A stretch of DNA of 64,000 nucleotides from Chrysomallon squamiferum (GCA_012295275.1 CM022670.1:27776001-27840000); one strand, 5' to 3'; shown: positions 14,418 to 30,188, counted from the stretch's first letter. Made by a program: numbers and translations. Notes: a model not told the origin generated them from the sequence alone.

Positions 14418-16538
14418 GATTTTCAAAAGATATTATGTTACAGGACTTCTTGACATACTGATTTAAATCCAGAGTATCAAATTCAAGTAGATCTAGTTAT
14501 AATCTTCCATTACAAAAGGGATTATATATGTTAAGAAGGAAATTTGTGATTTGGCATGTTTTATCTGAATAAATGAGAGAGCAGAGTTTGCAGTATCAAA
14601 CATTTTAAATGAAATATTTTGGTGAGTGTTTTGTCTTACCTCAAATTTAATACTGTTTTCATAATCAGATTTTTCTCATGATGAAACCTTTATCTCATAT
14701 TTTCTGATCAGTCAGTTGAGAAAACAAGTTACTTGTTACAGTACACTTTAATTTGATTTTTAATTTAATCCTGTATTGTAAACTTCTGTCCTCCAAATAT
14801 CAGTTTGTTTGGATGGACCAAGCAATAATTTTCTATTATGTAATTATTACTTTTTGCCTGTAAACAAACTGAGTAATTTTATGTAATTTTTACTGTCTTG
14901 TGTCATCCCACTTGTATCAGACTTCAGTTTTAATGTCAGTTTTATAGTGTCCCTTCATGTGTAAATGAGGATAGCATCCAACAAAACCTGCCATCCTTTA
15001 ACCTTCATCATTTGATGGCAAGGATCAGTTTCTTGTTCATGATATAATTATATAATTGTTTCTTAAGGCCTTTATCAGCATGGTGTTCTTTACACTGCTG
15101 CTACTATTTAAAACAGTTTATTTATTTTTTGCCAAGAAAAAAAAACGTATAACATTACTATGTACATATATAAATCTTTTTGTAATTAGTAGTTTTAACT
15201 TTTGACTCCATCTCTGAAGGAATACTTAAGCCAAAGATTATGTTTTAGAAAGATGTGCATCTGATATGTCATTTCATACTAGTTGTTTAACAAAAAAAAC
15301 ACCAAGTAATTTAAGGTTTTCATTTTTGGATGCAGATATTTCATGTTCTTCTGGAAAACTGAGCCAGCTAAAATGGTGCATCTATTTATAATAATAATAA
15401 TAATAATAAATTTAATAATTGAAAAATAATAAAAATCAACAGAAAAAAGTCTCAGTGGCAGCACTAATAATAGTAATATGTAATAAACATACCAATTTGA
15501 CTTGTTTACATATAATGTTTGTCTTAAATATTTCTTAAAAATAAAATAAAAACACTTAATCATATCCAAATCTAAAATATTTTTGAAATGAATGGTTTTG
15601 ATGAATAGCAGGGCATTTACCCATCTCATTAATTACTTAAATATCCCATAACTTCATTTTTGTGTTTTTATATGATGCTTTCAGTTCATGACTCAGTTGG
15701 GTTATGAATTTGAAAAATAGTGATCTTGTATGACTCACTTTATTGAGATGACCTCGTCATTTTTTTTTGTTTTTTTTTACATCCAAAAAAAAAAAGGGGG
15801 TGGGGACAACATGTTTATCCAAGTTTTCATCAGTTGCAAAAGTTGTCATTGAAAAAACTCTGAAAAAACAACATTTAACTGCATTGGGTGTGTGCATTTT
15901 TAACTATTGTCATGTAACCAGGTGTTGGCACCATGTCAGTACTTGTACTATTTATATAAATTAAAAACCTTTATCAACTTTCTGTGCCTGAGTGTCCTAA
16001 GTGACATATTGTTATTATTAATGTTTGCTTTACAGAAAAGTCAGGGTGGGAGGGCAGAGATACACTTCCAAAACCTCAACAAAAAAACAAAAATGTGAAA
16101 AAATAGAAATTTCAAAGTATGTTGAACTATCTCAGCATGATAATGAAAGAAACATCAAGGTCTTTGAACTAGCAGTTAAGGATTTTAATTTTTGTTCACC
16201 TACAACTTAATGTATTTACTAATTTGAATAAACTGGTCACAGCAAATAAAGATCTTTATATATTTTGTTTACTGTGTAAATAATTAAGAAGCACAATCTT
16301 CTAAATGGACAACTTAAAAAAGTAAAGAAGTAAATAAATTCATTCATCTTGTGCAAATATTAAATTAACTTGATGACATTTTTTCATAATGTCCTAGTTA
16401 AAAAAAAGAAAAAAAAGAAAGAATTTATATATAATACTAATAAAATAAAAAGGTAATAAAAATATTATTAATTAAAAAAAAGGATAACATTATGCAAATA
16501 TTTAAGATTAAAGTATAACTTTAGTTTTATATTTTTGC

Positions 16539-16584
<46 letters not shown>

Positions 16585-17371
16585 TTAAATCATTGCAGAA
16601 ATTAAATATCTTAAGATTGACAGTAAATACCACAGACACACACATTGCACATACATTAATTCTGACATTCATGCCTAACAAAATGCAGATTAAAATTTTA
16701 AAACCATTATCTAAGTAGAAAATTTGTGTTTTGTGATAGGGGGAGAGAGAGAGGACTGTGGGAACAGTTTTATTTTCCTTGTAAAGGAGGATCAGTTTCA
16801 GGATAGTCTGTACCTGATGGAAAAATGCTGCATCATTCTGTTATGTAAAGTGATACTACCCATTTCATAAAGATCACATTGTGAAACCATAGAGATATTA
16901 TTATTTTTACTTGTAATAAAGATTAGTGACTAGATTCCACAGTGAAGTTAATGAAGGAAAAAGAAAAGAAGAAATACTTAAATAAGGTCTAGTGATTACA
17001 TAAAAAAGGATATACATGAATATTTAAAAAAGAAAAAAATGTTGTACACTAAACATATAAAAAATGTAAAAAAATATTAAAACAAATAATATTTTTACTT
17101 TTTTTTTTTTTTTTTTTAAATTATTACTTTTGTTTAGAATGTGAAAAAAAAAAATGAAAAAAAAAAAGGAGGCTTTTCTAATGTTTTAACAGCTATTGAC
17201 TAACAGTTGTACATAAGTTTACACCACTGAGTGTAAACATAGATTGGCACATGACTCATAGGTCAGACATGTCCACGAATCAGCTGGGATGAGACTGTGA
17301 GCAGGTAGACAAGCCAGTGTGCCCATTCTCACACACTATGTCCATGTCACACCTGTGTTTTCTTTGAATAG

Positions 17372-17414
17372 TCAACCTGTATGAGATTTGCCTTTGGACG
17401 TATAATTATTACAG
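17372..17414 (+). other. Candidate upstream exon (43 nt)
   Basis: Acceptor gtgttttctttgaatag| and perfect donor CAG|GTAAGT inside a GC-richer island. ATG at 17381 opens MRFAFGRIIIT and ends in phase 1. Confidence 0.35.
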
Positions 17415-20400
17415 GTAAGTGTGGGCATTTATAATACCACGAGTTTCAAATGAGCGGAACAAAGTGACTTGGTTTAGTAAACTTGGAAAGAATGTTGTCA
17501 TTTGACCCTCGCCAGATGTCAAAAGATTTTAGTTCAAAAGGTAGTAGACATAGTATATCATTTGTCTCTCTAAATTTGCTGTGAAAAAATTAGTTCATCA
17601 AATTTCAACTATCTGCTTGCTTTCTGTGAATTTATTTGCTTTGTTAATATATAAAACAAAAAATAGTTTTTTTTTTTTTTTTTTAGGCTTTTGAACAATT
17701 TGAATTTTTAAATTTGAACATTATACTGATTGCCATTGTTTACCAATTAGCATTTTAGAAGTAGGGAAGAACTATTTTGTTGGTCAGTATCTGACCTCTT
17801 TCACCTGTGACCTGGTCACTGAAGATAGGCATACCTTGCTAACACACACGAAAAAGGAAATAAGAGATTGACACATTTCACAGTTGAGTGGTGGAACTTG
17901 TTTGAAAGTTGTACACAAGTTTATTTCTGTATGATTTGCACAAAGGAGGCAGTTTCTTGCTCTACTTCTCTGCTATTTTTGTACTAATTGACTGCTTATG
18001 TTGTTGAAGTATTGCTATTTGTACTTGTCAGTACAGACATAAAAATACTTTGGAATTTATTTTGAATTACAGCATATTTCTCACTGGTTAGTTGTGTGAA
18101 CAACAGTATGTTTCTTGTTTAGTTTTTTTTTTTAAATATTTTTGTTTGCTTTTTCTTTTTTCTTTTTCTTTTATTGTGATTTGAGGTTATACATTATTAT
18201 TTAAAAAGGAAAACCTGGAGGTAAATAATTTTTTTATTTTTTATTTTAATTTTATTGTTATCAACTACTTTTTATTTTTTACATTTATCAAGTTCAGATC
18301 AGTGATCTGTGACCTAAATATTTCAAAGATTATAATAACATGCAGTATTTCTTTCGTGGGAAATTGCATGTGAAAGTTTATCTTGACAAAAGAATGGAAT
18401 TTTTTTTTTTTTTTTTTAGAATAAATGCATGGTCAAAAAATTATTTTGTATTTCAAATGGTAATACACACATGTTTGTGCTCTCAATCATACATATTAGT
18501 ATTCTTTTTCAAAGTTACTTTCTGAAAATATTTTGTATATTACAGCTGTACTGTGTGAATATAGTGGTACTTTTTTTTTTTTTAAATATAATTTTACATA
18601 AGTAATATTAAATTTTGAATAATTTATGTTAATTTCTTTTAAACTTTTAATTAATCTGTCAGTTTGTTTTTATCCAAAGACGCTTTCCTAAGCAAAAATG
18701 GTTTTGCTGTCACTTTAAAGTTTAATATGAGAAATGTTTTCAACAACACAAACCAGTGGGAAATCTAATTAAGTAGTGCAAACAAATATAATCCAGCCCA
18801 TTCACATTTAAAAGAATATTCCTGGTGCCACACATACGGAAGAAGAGACAAAAATGAATAAATTTCTTTATGGCTAATATGAGACAACCTGTTTGCAGAA
18901 AAGTAATAATTATTTGAAATTAGTTTTTTTTGTATCATGAAAAAAAGATTGATACAAGTTTGAAAAGATTTTTAAAAAATAATAATGTTGGCCATTAATG
19001 AATCAGTGAATGGTAATTTTCTATTTGAATGCATATTTTAATTGTGCTATTATTTATGTTTTCTTTCACTGCTTTAAATCTTGCAGGTGACTGTAAATTC
19101 AGCTGTGACAGGTGTAAAATGTCTTCTTTACTGTTCTTATTCTTATACACACTGAACAAATTGGGTGGGCTCGTTTACTATTTATTTTCCTTTACTTGCC
19201 CTATCAAAGATTTTCTATGAGTGTACATGTAGGCTTTTTATAAGGCTTTCAGTTAAAGCAGCACATCATTGAAAACACTGACAATAGGAACATCAGAACA
19301 TGATGTTAAAATGTTCTTTTTCCTGACAAAAGTTTTGTTGTGTTTAGAAAGGATCATAATGCAAAAAAATGTCCAACATGGGCGTGTCACATTTGTATAT
19401 CACGTCCCAGTTTGTTTTTAACAACAGTTTTGCATTTTAATATTTGATTTTGTTGTGTAATTCATATTTAATGACTAATTAAAATAGTTAAGAAATTTAA
19501 TAATGTTAGACTAAAATTATTGTCTCAAAAATAGTGTGCAGAGAATTAAGATGAATAAAATTCCTAGGTGGATTTGAATATTATTAACTTAAGAAATGTA
19601 TTTTAAAAATATGAAATATTTTGATTAGGGTGCTTTTAACAACCAGACTGGTCACCATACACCAGTCCTTGCATACTCTGATCAAAATGGTCTGATCTAA
19701 TTTCTGAACATATTTTGCCCCTAACATTGTTTTTGTTTTTAAGACACAAATGGTAATCTTACAGTTCATTACTTTATCGTCTAGACATTCTTCAATCAAA
19801 ACCCCTCTTTCTAATTTTTACTGAAGCCAGTCCAACTGCCATGTGATTATAGATCTATTCCTTTAACAATTAGAAAACAGTTTTCTTTTGTTAGACCTTG
19901 TGTTTTTATAGCCTTGTTACCTTATCACAAGATAGGGTGACAGTTAATTGTAAATGACTGTCTGTGCACCTTGGATACACATTAAGTACAGTGTTTGGCA
20001 AACAGTGACTCATAGTTCAAAGAATGTAGTTAAATCTGACAATTGCCGAAACTGTAGCCCCTGTTGTGTTCTACATTATTTTTACAGACACAATTTCTAA
20101 AGGCACAATTGTTTAAGATTTTTAAATTTGTGCCAGTGTTAAGGCCAAAATGATTACTAGGATGCTGGAAAATGCGCTGCATTATTAGAAAATTATAGAC
20201 TAATGAAGATCGTCTTTCAGGAAAAGACAAAATTTTATCCCAAAATAAATGTTTTAGCTGACTGACTTGTTAACCATTTAAAATTTATTTGAAGATTATT
20301 TACTTAAATATCTTTTTACATGCTCTAATTTGCAAGCCACATAATCTGGCTGATTTAAAGTTACATTATTCATGCCTTTAATTACTACATATGTAACTGT

Positions 20401-21968
20401 TACTGTCTGATCTGTCATGGTAGTTTACAACTACTTTTCTGTAGAGAAAAGTCATTTGACAGGCACAGAATTATTTATAATCTTAAATAGATTAATGAGG
20501 TCCAGCACTTGCAGAACAGATTCCTCAGCTCAAAACATTCTTTACATTATTATAGGTAGAGAAAGAATAGATTCTGTCTTTTGCACTAATCATACCTTAA
20601 TGCAAAGAATGTTCACAGATCCAAAATAAGACAAATTGACTCCATAATTGAATTTGTTTTTTGTTGTTGGCTTTTTTTTATCAGTAGATCAGATAAAATT
20701 ATTTATTGTTCCTTGTACATTCCCCCATTGTGAGTAAGAGCAAATGGGTATGATTCATTCTTTGCACTTGTAATGGACTAGGAAACATGTAATGTTCAAC
20801 CACTTGCCAAAACAAATTTCTGTGTTTTGACACATTCTTTGGAACTAAGTTATTAGCCATTTTTTTCTCTTTTAATCTGTCATATATCTTTTGACATGGT
20901 CTGCCATAAAGTTATCAGAGAAGCTGATAAAATATTTAGATCATACTAAAAACATTATTATTATTATTATTTTTTAAATCATTGTTTATGACAAGTAAAA
21001 TTAGCCACTGACATTTTAATACCCATAGAATCTTGTTTAATCTCTGAACATGTACACTTCAATACATTTGAATCTTAATTTAAAAAACTTTTTTAATTGT
21101 TCATAGATATTGCCATTGAAAAAGTATACTTCTTTTGTCGTTGAAACTGTGAAATAGATATAAACATATTGTGGTTTTTGTGTTTTTAATTTTACCACAA
21201 AACTTATGTTAATGAGTTTATTTTTATTATTTTTTTGTCAGTTAATAAAAAATTGATACAAGCTAATATTGCTTTTCATGTTAGGAGCATTAATATATAC
21301 GATACATTTCTGAATTATTTCTGCTTTTTTTTAGTTCATTAATTAAAACTATGCAACAAAATACAGTTTATTTTATTTTATTATAAATGGGTTTCTTTCC
21401 CACCCACCATCGTTTTGTTTTTAATGGAAAAAATAAAAAAATAACAATTAAAGAATCATAAACAACTTTATCACATCCCTAATTTAAAGGTAGATTTCTG
21501 CATTCATATTATTAACATGTTATCTACCTTCTGCTGGAAATAAAGGAATTTACTTATGTATTGCTCCAGTAGTAATTCTTTATAATAATGGAAGTTGAAA
21601 TGTTTTTATTTCATTTAATTTTCTTTTCTATTTTCAATGGAGAGATCAGTTTCTGATCCAAATAAATATTTTATTTACTAACCTAAATGTTTTTAGATAC
21701 TGAAATGTTGACTCATGTAAAACAATAAACAGAAACAACTTTTTATTTGAATTAGAAAAAATAAACATAACCCTCATATATTCTTGAAATTTGAACCACT
21801 CTGAAATAGTACATGACATTAAAGAAAATATTAAGTTCATTTGTTTTCTCATTTGCACTTACAAATGAAGTTTGTTTAATTTGAATTTTAAATTTAAATA
21901 GAAGAAAACCAATTTGTTACCTATAACATTAAAAAATATTTGTTGACATTGTTCTTCTTTTCTTCCAG

Positions 21969-22051
21969 ATTGACTATTGGATTACCTTTTTATGATACAA
22001 GTGATGGACGTAATACAATTTGGATAAACATATAAATATGAAGAAACATTG
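21969..22051 (+). other. Candidate 5'-UTR (non-coding) exon of the Lar gene
   Basis: Strong acceptor gttcttcttttcttccag| and strong donor TTG|GTGAGT, 83 nt apart. It contains a short uORF (21992-22027, MIQVMDVIQFG*). Confidence 0.55.
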
Positions 22052-23336
22052 GTGAGTGGATTAGTGCATTAAATAAAAGTTTATAAACTGATTTGATTAA
22101 AGAAAGCTAGAAAATAAATTGTGAAATAACTTGTGAAGTAAAACAACCAGTATTGTTAACTTTGTGTTCTGTGTGTATTTGTGTGCCTGTGTGCCTGCAT
22201 ATGTGTGAGTGAGAGAAGAAAGAAAGAGAGAGATGTGTACTTTACAGTTTAAGACTAATCAGTAGTGTAACATACAGTAATACTTCCTTTAAGTGCAAAG
22301 GTTCACAGAGAACCAATACATGGAAACCTTTAGTAATGTCTTTTGTCTCATATTACTAAAGTATCAGATACAGTATCTTTTTTTTTTTTTTTTTGGACTT
22401 TAAATTTTTAAAGTTTATTTATTACATTTTTTAAATTAAAAAGAAAAAATTATTTAGTTATGTGAAAAAACACATATGATAAGCTAGTTGGTAGTGCGTC
22501 ATGGAAAAGAAACTGGACTTGATCATATAAGTAATTTATCTTAGTGGACTTTAACAACAAGTGGCTCCTCTAACAATACAAAAATTTCAGATTTGCTGAT
22601 GGTTATTTGGGAGAGAGAATGGAAGGACTGGTTTGTTAGAAACATGAATTACAAGATAAGCCTGACTGGTAGTGTAACAGAAAAAAATTAATAATTTGAG
22701 GTGCAAATGTTCAAAGGATTAATTCATAAAAAGTATTTTCTCTTGAATGCTTTTTATGTTTTCCTTTTTTTTCTTTCTTTTATTGTTTTTTATTTTTATA
22801 AATATATATATTTTTTTATGTAAAAAAATGTGTTTATTTTTATTTAATTCTTCACTGAAATCAATACTTGATAAGGTAAATATAATAGATAGTGTGTCAC
22901 AAAGAAACTCATCTGAGTTACAAAGGGTCAATGAATCAGTTCATCTCAGTGGCTTTTTCTCCATTAAATGCCTCCTGTCTAATATTACAAAAGTTTCATC
23001 TGTCTGTTTTTTCTCTTATCTTATTCTTCTTGTTCATCTTCTTCTTTTATTTCTTTAAAAAAAAAAAAAAAAGTAAATAGCTATTAAATTTAAAAAAAGA
23101 AACAAGTACTTTTATACCTAATTACTCATGTTATACAAAAGAAAGGTAATATTTTGCTCTTCTGCTTTAATTTGTGGATAGTTTTACTGAATGAACACAT
23201 TAAATTCAAATTATGTGTTGTTGCATCACACTTTTCATTTATGCTTAAGGGATTATGACGTTAGGTGTTTATAAAGTTATTTAATGTTTGTAAAGATAGT
23301 TACGATTTCTTATTAGATGCATTTCAAAATAAAACT

Positions 23337-23366
23337 AAATTTAAATTTAAATTTAAATTTAAATTT
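23337..23366. repeat. (AAATTT)5 self-complementary hexamer repeat
   Basis: aaatttaaatttaaatttaaatttaaattt. Confidence 0.85.
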
Positions 23367-26300
23367 CTAATGAATAACTGAAGTTGCTAAATATAGATCC
23401 ATTATGTGTGGTGTTACTTGGGACACCAGTTTAAAAATTCAAAGGAAAAAAGAGTTGACAAATCATTTGCTCTAGGCATTTGCACTGGTGTGGGAGTTAT
23501 GTACATTAATATACATATTCATAAGTACATAGAAAGCTATGATTCATACTAAAATATGATATTTTTCTGATCGTATCTGGTGTCATCAAGAAAACAAAAA
23601 AATGCTTGCTTTTTATGCAGACTGATTATGTATTAATTCTAGATAGAGAAGTTAATAATTCAGTGAAGAAGTATAAACACATAAATATATAGCATTATAA
23701 GGGGTTTTTTCTGTATCAGAAAACAAATTGTTTGATAGGAGAGATAACTCTAAGTGGATTAACACATCTCTTGATACCTTTTGTTTTTACTTCACTGTTT
23801 GTTAAAGTTTTATTCTCCTTTAATCAGGAACATGTTTGATTAAACAAATATATATTTTATATTTCTACAAGGGTATAGTTCTAAGATTTTAAAACAAATT
23901 ACTATTGACCTTTTTTCAGATGTTTTTTCAATAAGGGCATTACTGGGAACTAGTTTATTTAAATAGATAATAAAATATTTACTGACAATAAAAATTGTTA
24001 TATCTGAAAACAAGAAAAACAATGTTATACATGGTGTACAAATTACAACATAAAATTGATATTTTTATGTATTGTATTGTTCAGCAGTTTAGCATAGTGA
24101 AATATTGAATATGCCATTAGGTTATCTAAATATAATAAAATAAAATAATAATATTAATAATAATAAATTAAAATAATAATAATAATAATAATAAATAAAT
24201 AAATAAAATATTTAGTGTATGTATGGATAAATCTACTCAAGTTAATAAACTGTTGATTATTTATTTTTTCTTTATTTTTTCTCTCTGATATAATATTATT
24301 ATTATTTTTTGTTGTTATTTTTTTCAAGGAGTAATTTTACATTTTATTTTGGTTTAAGGATGCTACCTAATTTAAAAATAACTTCAAGACATTATAAAGT
24401 CTGGCAGATCAATTAGTTTGATTAATGTTGACATTTTAATCAAATGTCTTATCTTATTTGAAAACCAAGGCACAAATAAAATAACGTTTCATGCTGTTGA
24501 AAAAAGAATGGCTTACATGTTTATTTTTCTAACCAGTGAAATAAATATTTACTATATTAGAAATTCCTTAAATAGAATTTTATATATCTGAACAATTCAT
24601 ACACTAATCTGAACTTTGACATTGGTATTACATCATTTAATTAGGTTACATTAATCTCCGGACAAAAGAGATTGCTGATTTTACTCTCTTTTTTTTAAAT
24701 TTTTAAATATATTTAAAAAATATGAAAAAGAAGGAAAAAACCCCAAGAAAACCTAAAACTACTTAAAACGAGTCGGTATTTATTTTAAATTTTTAAAACA
24801 TTATTTATAAATCCAGTTTACATTTTTTTGTGGTTGCAAGAACTGTTGAAAACAAATAGATCTATAAAGTCACACTTGCCATTTGTAGGTAAATTGTGCC
24901 TGTTTCTTTTACTCTGCCAGTATCATTATTCGTGGCAGCTGGAAGCCTGGGACCAGACATATGACCATTGTATATCATTGACAGTCCCCAAGGAAATCAC
25001 TACAAGTAGCATGACATTTTCTATTGTCAGGTTACTTTGCTTCATTCTCAAGTTGTGTCATGTTTAGCCCTCCCCTGTTTAACGAACATGGCATATTTTC
25101 ATGCACTTTTATCACTCACAATTTCATTCTCTTTCTGTCAGATGGCTTGATCGTTATTGGGTTTTCTTTCTTTTTTTTTTCTTTGTATCATTTTCTTTTG
25201 TAGTCTTTGCTGTTTGTTTTCTTAATCTGATTTTGTGGCAATATGTTGTTATTGTTATTATTATTGTTATTTAAAATTTCCAATTAATGAATGAAAAATC
25301 TTGTAGGTTAATCTGAGAGTTAAACACAGAAAACATTCTTCAAGACTTAGTTCATAAGACCTGAGATATTTTTCTTCATTTTATGATTTAAAAACGGCAT
25401 GATAAATGGTAGCCATTAAGTTTTGCAGGAAGGATTAGTTTTCTCAAAAATGTCCAATCAAAAATAAATTAGTATAAAAAATATGTATTGATAGACACCC
25501 ACTCATCATTTGTTGGACAGGAATCAATATTCTTATTGATGCTTCTCAGGCTTTTGTATACGCAGCAGCTTATACAAGTCTTAATCATAAAACTGCAGTG
25601 CACTTTGCCATTAGATGTGTCCATTCAGCCTATTACATTCTCTTCTTGTTTCTTGCTGTAATTATTGCAAAGATGCATTAACATAATGCAGCAAACAGAA
25701 ATCTGTTTTTGCAAATGACATTGGTCTCAACATCTAGCTGGGGGAAAGAAAAAAAAATCTGAATTATTTATATTCAGTACAGGCTTTAAGCTAAAGGCAA
25801 AGAATTTTTGATAAACTGGATTTGAGGACATGCATTCTTAAACCAGAAATACTGCAGTAAATATTTTGCTAAGAGCATTTTAACTGAATCTTGTGTTGCT
25901 AATGATTAGATGGTGAAAAGATAGTGTTCCAGAAAAATACTAAGTGGCTACATTTTAGTTGATAATTTAACAATACATACTTTCATCTTATATATATATG
26001 AATTTTAGAAGTTGAATTAACAGGCAAATCATTGATATCCATTTATTTCTAATTTTACTAGAATACAGAATATTTAATTAATGATAAAGAAAAAACAGTT
26101 AGTTGCTGAGGGTTAGTTAGAGAAGATAAAAGCATGTTTTCAGTTTTGTAGTATTAAAAAGAAATTGTTGAAACTATAATAATAATAATAATATTACATC
26201 TGCTACTGCTACTACTGCTACTACAAGTAAACAAATACTGGAAACAGAAATAGTTATATTTACAAGAAATGGTTTATGAGGTTTTAAAACCATTTATCTT

Positions 26301-29196
26301 GTGACTACATTCAATTTTGGTAGAAAGCTAAGCTATACACATATTGATGAGTCATCATCAGAACAACAACTGGCTTTCCAGTGATGTAATTAGCTTTTCT
26401 AATAATGTCTTCTAGGCACACAGAGGTAAGCAGGATTTCATGAGATTTTTGTTTTCCTGTTAGTAAAAGAAGAAAAAATACTTGGAAATCATCAGAACAT
26501 AGAAGGCATGTCATTCAGTAGTATACATGGCCTCTTGAGGAAGAACCAAATGACTTTCAAACATTTTAGAAAAATATTTCGTACTGTGATAATAAAGTCG
26601 GTTTGTTTGCTAATATCATAAATTAATTTTAATTTAATACCAGATGAAATCAAATGTAAGTTCTCCATTTCAAAAGCATTAATGATTTCACAAGCAAGCC
26701 ATTATTCCATTTTCATTACAAGGCATTCTTGTTTTACAAATCTGTCTGAATTATATTTTACTTATTATGGTACAACTGATAATTTCTGTAAATGCCAGTA
26801 CAAGTCGTTCTGTATACTACAAGTCTATCTTATTGTTATTACCTTATGTCCAATTCAGCATTAATTAACAGATAGTGAATAAGTCCTGTCCATTCCAGCA
26901 AGAAAATTTGCAATTTATTTGCTTTGTGCCTTAAACAGATTTGTCTCCACAGCTTATTGCCTTTATTATTTCTCTGAACAAGCTGTGTCACAGTGTGAAA
27001 CAATTTGCTGTGTGCAATATGAGCCACCTTTATTAAACGTTTGCAAATTATCCTGTATTTACTGACATTGTGGCGGAAGTTTCTTGCGAGGCTCTGTCTG
27101 TCTGACAAAACTGTTGTAATATTACTCAGTAATGTGCAGAGATTCAGCCATTGTTTAGCACTAGCAAATGTCACAAATAGTTTAAATTAGAGGATTGCCC
27201 TTCCTCGTGTTTGCTCGACCATGAAAGAGAATGGTCCTTGTTTTGTAATTACTATGTACAATTTTAGGGTTTGGTGGCTCCAGGCTTAGTTTGTGTTGCA
27301 ATTATGGGGAAATATCCGTGATATTGGAAATCAATACATTTGTGTTCACAATGACATTGCTACTGGTTTTGTCACTCTCTCTGTAAAAAACAGGAAAGAT
27401 CCTATTTTTTGGAGATGGAGAATTTGATGTATTCACATTTCTGCAAAGAAAAGCAAAGCATTTAATTCCACATCAACTAAACAATAATACAATACCACAT
27501 TTATCAATTTAATTTTTATTATTAAGAAAATGTTTCATGAAAACATTAAAGATGTTAAAAAGGTACACTATAAATTCTAACAATTTATTTTTATTATTGC
27601 ATGTATGTAATTATATAATATAGGAATATAAGCATATAAACATGTAAAGATTTTAATAAGATTTTAACAGTTGCATCATTCAAAAACAGTGGAGCTATAT
27701 TCATACTTTTATAGATGCAGTTTTAACTAAATATTTTAAGCTAAGGGTTTCAGTTTTAAAGATCATGTTAAATAGTATGTCTCCTTTTGAATAAATATTT
27801 TGTTTTCTGGTGGTTTGTTTCCTAACACTAGCTATTTTTATTATATGCAAGTTAATAATTTTTCTTCTTCATTTTTTATAATTTTTAAAATACTCTTTTT
27901 TTTTTTTTATTTTTTTTTATTTATTTAAGTAATCATGTCTAAACTGGAAAATGTTACTGGTGTTTTTTGGCTGACAGTTTATTATGAATGATACTGAATT
28001 AAATCTCTCTGTATTTAAGAATTTAACTACATGATTCTTATATGTCCAGAGTTGTCAGAGCATTGCCATACATTTTATATTTATAGCCTTCTTTTGGTTT
28101 TCTTACTTGACAAATGCAAGTGGATACAGACAAATGCATTTTCCAGCTGTTGAAACACTTATCTTTCAAAATTATAGAGCAAAAGAAAAAAAAAATTAAA
28201 TAACTTGTTGATCTTTTCACTGTATTAAGATATTCCATTTGTCTTTCTTTCTTCAATGAATGCTTTCACTTCTTGGTGAAATTCAATCACAGTTTTATGT
28301 TTCACATAAATTTAAAACAGGTAAAAGATCCTCAAAGTATCTGATACAACAGGTGCCAACTTATTAGGATTGTCTGAAGACTATTTCATTAAACTGAACT
28401 AATGCATATATTTTTTCCATTATATCAAAAACATTACTGTTTAAGCTGTGTAAAATTTAATGTATCTTTAAAATCAGGCTTCACAGGTTTTAGCTGAGCA
28501 TTTATAGTCTTACATCATTTGTGACAATGAATAAAAACTTGTTTAAAGATGTTTCAAAACATTGTTTTATGCCAGAATTTAATACAAATCAGAAAACTCA
28601 AACTGTCATTTCATGAGTTATTCACCAATATATTTTTTTTCTGAGCATGTCAGTACCTACCATAGAATTTCTAAACAACTGTGAAACAGTAGTAGAGCTA
28701 AGAGGATTGATTCTGTATACCTGAGATCAGGTATAATTATGGGCAATTTTAGCTTTTTTATTTAAAATGCCTTCAGTTTCTCATTCTCTAACTCCTTACT
28801 GTGAATGTATCTTATAAGGAGACAGAAACAACAGTTGGATTAGTTTATTCTGTTATATTTTCCTTCTTGTAGACCTGTGTGAACTTTCTATTACAACATA
28901 ATAAACAAAATGTTAACAATGTAGGGTAATATCGTTATTTATATGAAATAGGTCAACAGATGTAAACTGTTTTAACACAACATAAATCCATTTCATTACT
29001 TAAATCTAATTCTTTCAAAACAATGATATATTTAATTTACAGACAAAAATAGTGAATTAACTAACTTTAAATTATATTAATAATATTAATAACTGCAATT
29101 ACAACACTAAGGCTATAACAACAGTTACTACTGCTTTCAGTACTACAGATTTATCTAACAGAAGACAACAACAAGAAAAAAGAATAATAATAAATA

Positions 29197-29227
<31 letters not shown>

Positions 29228-29629
29228 AACTTCACAACAGTCCTTTTTTTCACCACAAACTAGAAATATATACATAACTTTTGTTGGGGGCAAATCAGCC
29301 ACCGGTTCACTTTTTTATCTGAAATAAATGACAGGTGATGTGGAATGATTTCATAAGAAAACTACTTTATTATAAGACAGTGTATTTTAAACAAGCTATC
29401 TTTTGTTTCATAGTTTGTCAATAAAAGATAAAGTTGTAGTAAAAATATCATATACAGAAAAAAACAGATGTACTAGTACGGTGACATACATCAGTTAATA
29501 CAATGTCTTAATTCATGATACAAAGCATAACACCCATCTTTAATACATTACAGGAAAGATACTTTAAAAAATAATATACTGATTATTAAATAAATACATA
29601 AGTGCAGATGTAAACACTAATAACAAAAT

Positions 29630-29760
29630 AATAATAATAATAATAGTAATAATAGTAGTAGTAGTAGCAGCAGCAGTAGAAGTAATAGCAGCATCTGTTG
29701 TAGTATGTGTTGCAGTTGTAATAGTAGTAATAATAATAAATAGAAATAACAATAACAACA
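29630..29760. repeat. Compound AAT/AGT/AGC trinucleotide tract
   Basis: aataat..agtagt..agcagc; explains the spurious poly-T/A/I ORF at 29564-29761. Similar tracts occur at 2580-2680 and 12180-12222. Confidence 0.85.
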
Positions 29761-30159
29761 AGAATAAAGTGGTTGTTTCAAAATACTTCCTTTTATTTTA
29801 CTTTCCTTAAAATCTTAGAAACAGGTTATATACAGGCCTCAGTTAAATCTTTAGTAGTATATTATTCTCTTTCCCATTCCAGCCACTTGTCTGCAACTGG
29901 TTTATCCAGGCTGTATTTATTCTTTCTGAGAATTATAAAAAATGTCTTCTTGTTGCTAATCTCTAACATTTTCCTACTGAGTGATGGCAGCAGGCTTCAT
30001 CTCAGGAGTTATCTGTTGTAAAATACCAACATACATCTGACACCTAGTAATTCAACATTTTAAAAGGTTATTTTAATCATTCATTCATTCATTGTGGGTG
30101 CAGTCTTGAGCTAATCTTAGAAACTGATATCATATTCAAATAGGCTTATTAATACTTAA

Positions 30160-30188
30160 TGTTTTTTAAATGTTTTTTTTAGGTGAGT
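30160..30188 (+). other. Recursive-splice-site-like motif (pyrimidine tract + TAG|GTGAGT)
   Basis: gttttttaaatgttttttttag|gtgagt: a 3' splice site directly abutting a consensus 5' splice site at 30182/30183. Confidence 0.4.

Noticed and set aside
28716-28735. 9-bp palindrome TATACCTGA-GA-TCAGGTATA, and small hairpins near 17218-17240 and 37521-37545, as miRNA or ncRNA
   Set aside because: The stems are far too short for a pre-miRNA and are expected occasionally by chance.
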